64,000 bases of DNA, from assembly GCA_010405405.1 (NCBI GenBank), contig MU004230.1:96627-160626 (forward strand), given 5' to 3'. The notes beneath the pieces are model-generated. The model saw only the letters and a program-made list of their open reading frames with translations, made no database searches and had not been told where the DNA came from. This document shows positions 60,087 to 64,000 of the stretch, piece by piece. A program made the translations under genes and the position numbers. The number at the start of each line of letters is the position of its first letter. The stretch's first letter is position 1. Source of the stretch: Microthyrium microscopicum. Its lineage: Eukaryota.

Positions 60087-60932
60087 GCTAGAAAGAATTG
60101 AGATCTTAAGCTAAGAGATCATATGGAGGTGAACGAAACGCCGGTATACTGAATATTATTCAGAAGAATTTCGGCCGTATATAGGCTAGAATTATTCTGA
60201 GCGTCCTGCGATCGCCAGGCATGAACTTCTCGGCAAACAGGCTTGATATGCCATGGCCAATGTACCTGGGCGACCACTGACTGGACCGAGTCTCTGCTGT
60301 CACGAATTTTATCAAACGATCCAGGCGCTGGTGCTGGATCAAATCAGGAGCTATGATAGTTCCCCATACTGCAGGATGCAGATTATACTCACTTTAAGGC
60401 ATATATCTTTCAGATGCATTCGGTCCCATATGTGCCTTTGAGAGCAATGGACAAGCGCTGCTGACGTAGTTATTCTTGAAATATGTATCATGCTGAGCTC
60501 AAACATCGATTTTCCAACTCATGTAGTATGCTTCTTAGGATAGAAGTAAAATCAACCGCCCATTTATTTACAGAGCACATTGTTTGAAGACTCAGGGGTA
60601 GCATCGCAAACGGGGTCAGTCAACCTTCCATGGACCATGGCTCCTGTGCATGTTGAGGTAAGACAATGTAAGCCATGGCGCCTTGCGGTTCCTGATGGCG
60701 GAAATGAAAAGCAAGTCAATTGAAGCAAAATAACGATTTGATATGTCCCGATGGCAAGTTGATGTCCTGAAGTAAAAACAAATTGGAGAGGTGAGGTTGG
60801 CACGCGACGATCCCTTCCACACGTGGTTAGGGTTGCCTAGTTCGGCCGCCTGCATCTGCAGCACTTTTTAAACATCGACCTTCAACATTATTCGCGACCC
60901 GCATCGACATCTTTCAAAATCCAACATCAATC

Positions 60933-62477
60933 ATGGCCGTCACCGCTGCCGATAACGCTGCTGCCAATGCTCAGCTGGAAGATGCCACCGGCAAGGCTCC
61001 TGCTGGAGTTGTCCTACCACCACGCGACATTCGTGCCATCGTAGAAAAGACTGCTGGATATGTTGCCCGCAACGGTGCTGTCTTCGAGGACCGCATTCGT
61101 CAAAAAGAAGTCAACAACGCTAAATTCTCTTTTCTCAGCTCACACGATGCATACTACCCTTTCTACGCATGGAGGTTAGACGAAGTCAAACAAGGACGAG
61201 GCACGGATGTGTCTGCTGGACGTGTAGGAGAAGCTTCAAAGGAACCAGAGAAACCCAAGGGTCCTGAGCAACCTCCCGATTTCCATTTCTCAGCCAAAAT
61301 GCCAAACATCAGCGCGCAAGATCTCGACGTAGTCAAGCTCACTGCTCTCTTCGTTGCCAAAAATGGCCGCAACTTCGCTACTATACTCTCCCAGCGCGAA
61401 TCCACCTCCTCACAATTCGATTTCCTTCGCCCACAACATTCCATCTATCAATTCTTTAGTCGCCTTGTAGACCAATATACCGAGATCTTGACTGGGGGCG
61501 ACGTGGATAGTGGAAAGCCTGAGAAACTCCGCATAGCGGAACTTGAGCGCAACGCGAAAAACAAGTTCAACGTTTTAGAAAGAGCAAAGAAGCGCGCAGA
61601 ATGGGTCAAGTATATCGAAACGCAAAAGGCCAAGAAAGAGGAGGAGGAAGAAGCTGAAAAGCTTGCGTTCGCTCAGATAGATTGGCACGATTTTCTCATA
61701 GTGGAAACTGTACTCTTTACCGACGCCGACGAAGTCACCGAACTCCCACCCCCAACTTCGTTAGCAGACTTACAATCAGCTTCTCTTGAACAAAAGGCAA
61801 ACACGAGCAGTCTTGTGTCTGGTCATATGCGCATCGAAGAGGCCATGCCTACAGACGATGGTTACCAAATACCGCAAGCTCAAATGCATCCTACATACGC
61901 TCCTCCACCTCCCGCCTCACTTCCTCAGAGACCTTATCAAGAATCTGTGCCTATGCCCATGATGGCTCCTCAACAACCGCCCCCCATGTTAGCCCATCCA
62001 GCTCCACCACAAGTAAAGATACGAGAGGCAGCACCAAGAGCAATGAACCGAAGAAAGAATGTTGCCATGGCCAAGTGTCCACAATGTGGGGAGAATGTAC
62101 CCATGGACGAACTAGAGCAACACATGAAGAGTAAGTCCCAATCACACTTTCATTTTCTGACAAGCCCTAACGTGTTCATAGTCGAGCTCCAAGATCCTCA
62201 ATGGCGAGCACAAAAAGCCAAATCAGACGCGCGGAACGCAACCACAAACTTGTCAACAGCAGATGTTGCAAACAACCTTAAGCGATTAGCTTCCCAACGG
62301 ACAGATGTGTTCGATCCAATCACCGGTAGACCGCTTAACGAAGAGGAAGCTGCACGGCTCAAGAAGGCAGCCACCTTTTCAGGAGATCCAGCTGATGGAG
62401 TGATTCGGCGGCCAGGCGAGACTTTGAGCGTAGAGGATCAGATAAAAGCTATCCACGAGCGCTACGGTCGCACTTAG
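60933..62477 (+). CDS. PRP21: U2 snRNP SF3a subunit Prp21/SF3A1 (two SURP domains)
   Basis: 'PPRDIRAIVEKTAGYVARNG..FE', 'DLDVVKLTALFVAKNG', 'QFDFLRPQHS', 'IDWHDF.IVET', 'NLKRLASQRTD'; 51-nt intron 62131-62181. Confidence 0.95.
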   Translation: MAVTAADNAAANAQLEDATGKAPAGVVLPPRDIRAIVEKTAGYVARNGAVFEDRIRQKEVNNAKFSFLSSHDAYYPFYAWRLDEVKQGRGTDVSAGRVGEASKEPEKPKGPEQPPDFHFSAKMPNISAQDLDVVKLTALFVAKNGRNFATILSQRESTSSQFDFLRPQHSIYQFFSRLVDQYTEILTGGDVDSGKPEKLRIAELERNAKNKFNVLERAKKRAEWVKYIETQKAKKEEEEEAEKLAFAQIDWHDFLIVETVLFTDADEVTELPPPTSLADLQSASLEQKANTSSLVSGHMRIEEAMPTDDGYQIPQAQMHPTYAPPPPASLPQRPYQESVPMPMMAPQQPPPMLAHPAPPQVKIREAAPRAMNRRKNVAMAKCPQCGENVPMDELEQHMKSKSQSHFHFLTSPNVFIVELQDPQWRAQKAKSDARNATTNLSTADVANNLKRLASQRTDVFDPITGRPLNEEEAARLKKAATFSGDPADGVIRRPGETLSVEDQIKAIHERYGRT

Positions 62478-63074
62478 ACGGCATTGGCGAGCTTGATAGG
62501 AGCTACGCCGCAACTATTGATACCCACAAATTAATACCTAGCTGCATCTATCATGATGTTGCGTCTTATCATGCTTTTGGATGTGACCTTGGATTGTACT
62601 CTCCTTGACAGCATCGAGCTGATTGGAATCAGCGATGACCACGCAGGGACACTCCTATGCTCAACTATAGTAGAGTGTCTATTATTCGCAACATTATCAA
62701 GGAGTATCTATTGCCTCCTAATATTGTCATGTATATGCATACTCTAGCTTGTGAATCAACTGTCTTTAACGTTAGCGGAGTACAAATGATGACGAGATCA
62801 GTTTCTCGAACGAATATGTATTAAATTCAGTCTGTTATGATCTATCTCCAGTCAAAATAATTCACTTCGAAAAACGCAATAATTCCTCTTTATCTCGCAA
62901 ACTTGTGCTCTATTTTTGTTGTATTGCTCATCCATTATTGCATCACATCCACAACGATCTGCAGCACGGATCTCAGCAGCGGAAACTTTTTGGCAACGAA
63001 CCACCACCAAAAGCCCAACCTTTGAACTCTCTCAACCTTTTTCTCCCATCCCACGCCCAGCAGCATTTCTCCTC

Positions 63075-63595
63075 ATGGCCACAATACAGCGCTCCGTTTC
63101 GCCGCAAGAAGTTCTCTCTCTCGTAAGTCTTCTCTTTCCTGCCGCTTGTGCTCAATGGTCCCCCCGCTTCATACTTCCGTCATTTGCCGCCACAGCGCAT
63201 CCCTTCTCACAACTCCCACTGGCACGCTTTGACTGACACTTTGCGCTTCCTAGTACCGCCAACTCCTCCGCACATCTGGCCAATTCGCCGCATATAACTT
63301 TCGCGAATACTTCCGGCGGCGCACTCGCGATGCGTTCCGCGAACATCGAACAGATACTGATGCAGAAGCGATCAATGGCCTGGTGGGCAAGGCGCGCAAG
63401 GAGCTACAAGTGTTGAAGAGGCAGAGCGTCATAAGTCAATTCTATCAGATGGATCGGCTGGTTGTGGAAGGCGGAAAATCAGGCAAGCAAAAGGGCGGTA
63501 GAGGTGATATTGTGAGGGAGAGCGAGACGGGGTAAGATATTGAATTCACATTGAGTATTGGATCATGGCTAACAATTGACATTAGATGGAATTGA
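63075..63595 (+). CDS. ISD11: LYR-motif protein Isd11/LYRM4 (cysteine desulfurase partner)
   Basis: Spliced [47 protein letters not shown]...[26 protein letters not shown]...GWN*; two introns; not shown in the ORF track. Confidence 0.9.
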
Positions 63596-64000
63596 AAATG
63601 ATGTTATCATTATTGGGCCTCAACAAGTGGTTTGAGGCATCACCAACTGTATGAATAGTCGTGTTGGTATTGATTTTGGCAAGTGTCTCTGGTTTCAAAC
63701 TTGATTCCCCGATCTCTGCTCTGTATTTTTGATCTCATCATTCATCATTCATATCATGTCCTCAATTGAGAAGTTCCCTCATCCATGCGCCACCAATCTA
63801 TGGGCTTATAATAACGAAAAGACACGGAGGTGGATAGGGATATGGTTTTCGTCGCCCGTTTAGCTTGGGTAGAGGGTGCTGATAGCATTACTGCGGCGTG
63901 CTCCCTATGCGGTTGAGTTTAAAAGAAGTTGCTGGCTTTTAGAAACGTCAATATTCGCGATCACAACACATCATGATGTGGGCTCACTGCAAAATCGATC

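Noticed and set aside
316..63432. Numerous long antisense or alternative-frame ORFs overlapping real genes (e.g. 316-849, 4981-5385, 32659-33453)
   Set aside because: Shadows of low-complexity or biased coding sequence on the opposite strand.
1..64000. tRNA, rRNA, CRISPR arrays or prokaryotic-type operons
   Set aside because: None recognised by eye; the sequence is eukaryotic. A tRNAscan-SE/Infernal run would be needed to exclude divergent RNA genes.

Overview
Gene-dense, intron-containing DNA from a filamentous ascomycete (Pezizomycotina; short GT-AG introns with CTAAC/CTGAC branch points, RIP-mutated repeats). About 26 protein genes. Conserved ones include PFS2, a DGAT1/ARE-type MBOAT, RACK1 (hosting an intronic U24 C/D snoRNA), ECH1-like isomerase, an MFS phosphate transporter, a GH81 glucanase, UTP14, mitochondrial L27/mL41, SEC9, a PCD1-like Nudix hydrolase, RPS27, PMT1, PRP21 and ISD11. 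Accessory ones include a HET protein, three F-box-like genes, a PIR/GPI wall protein and secreted proteins. Two AT-rich islands are RIP-inactivated DNA transposons: a full-length, intron-containing piggyBac (35483-38424, TTAA TSD inside a 14-bp palindrome) and a 723-bp non-autonomous element with two-tier inverted repeats and an 8-bp TSD (21594-22316). The most interesting unexplained items are a secreted, Kex2-processed protein with the HH...HxH...M ligand layout of PHM/DBH-type copper monooxygenases (2666-4075), a three-LysM effector gene with no ATG and an in-frame TGA, a U24 snoRNA with one degenerate guide, and three Pho4-type GCACGTTT sites upstream of the phosphate transporter. All calls are by eye; exon boundaries are manual and no database searches were run.
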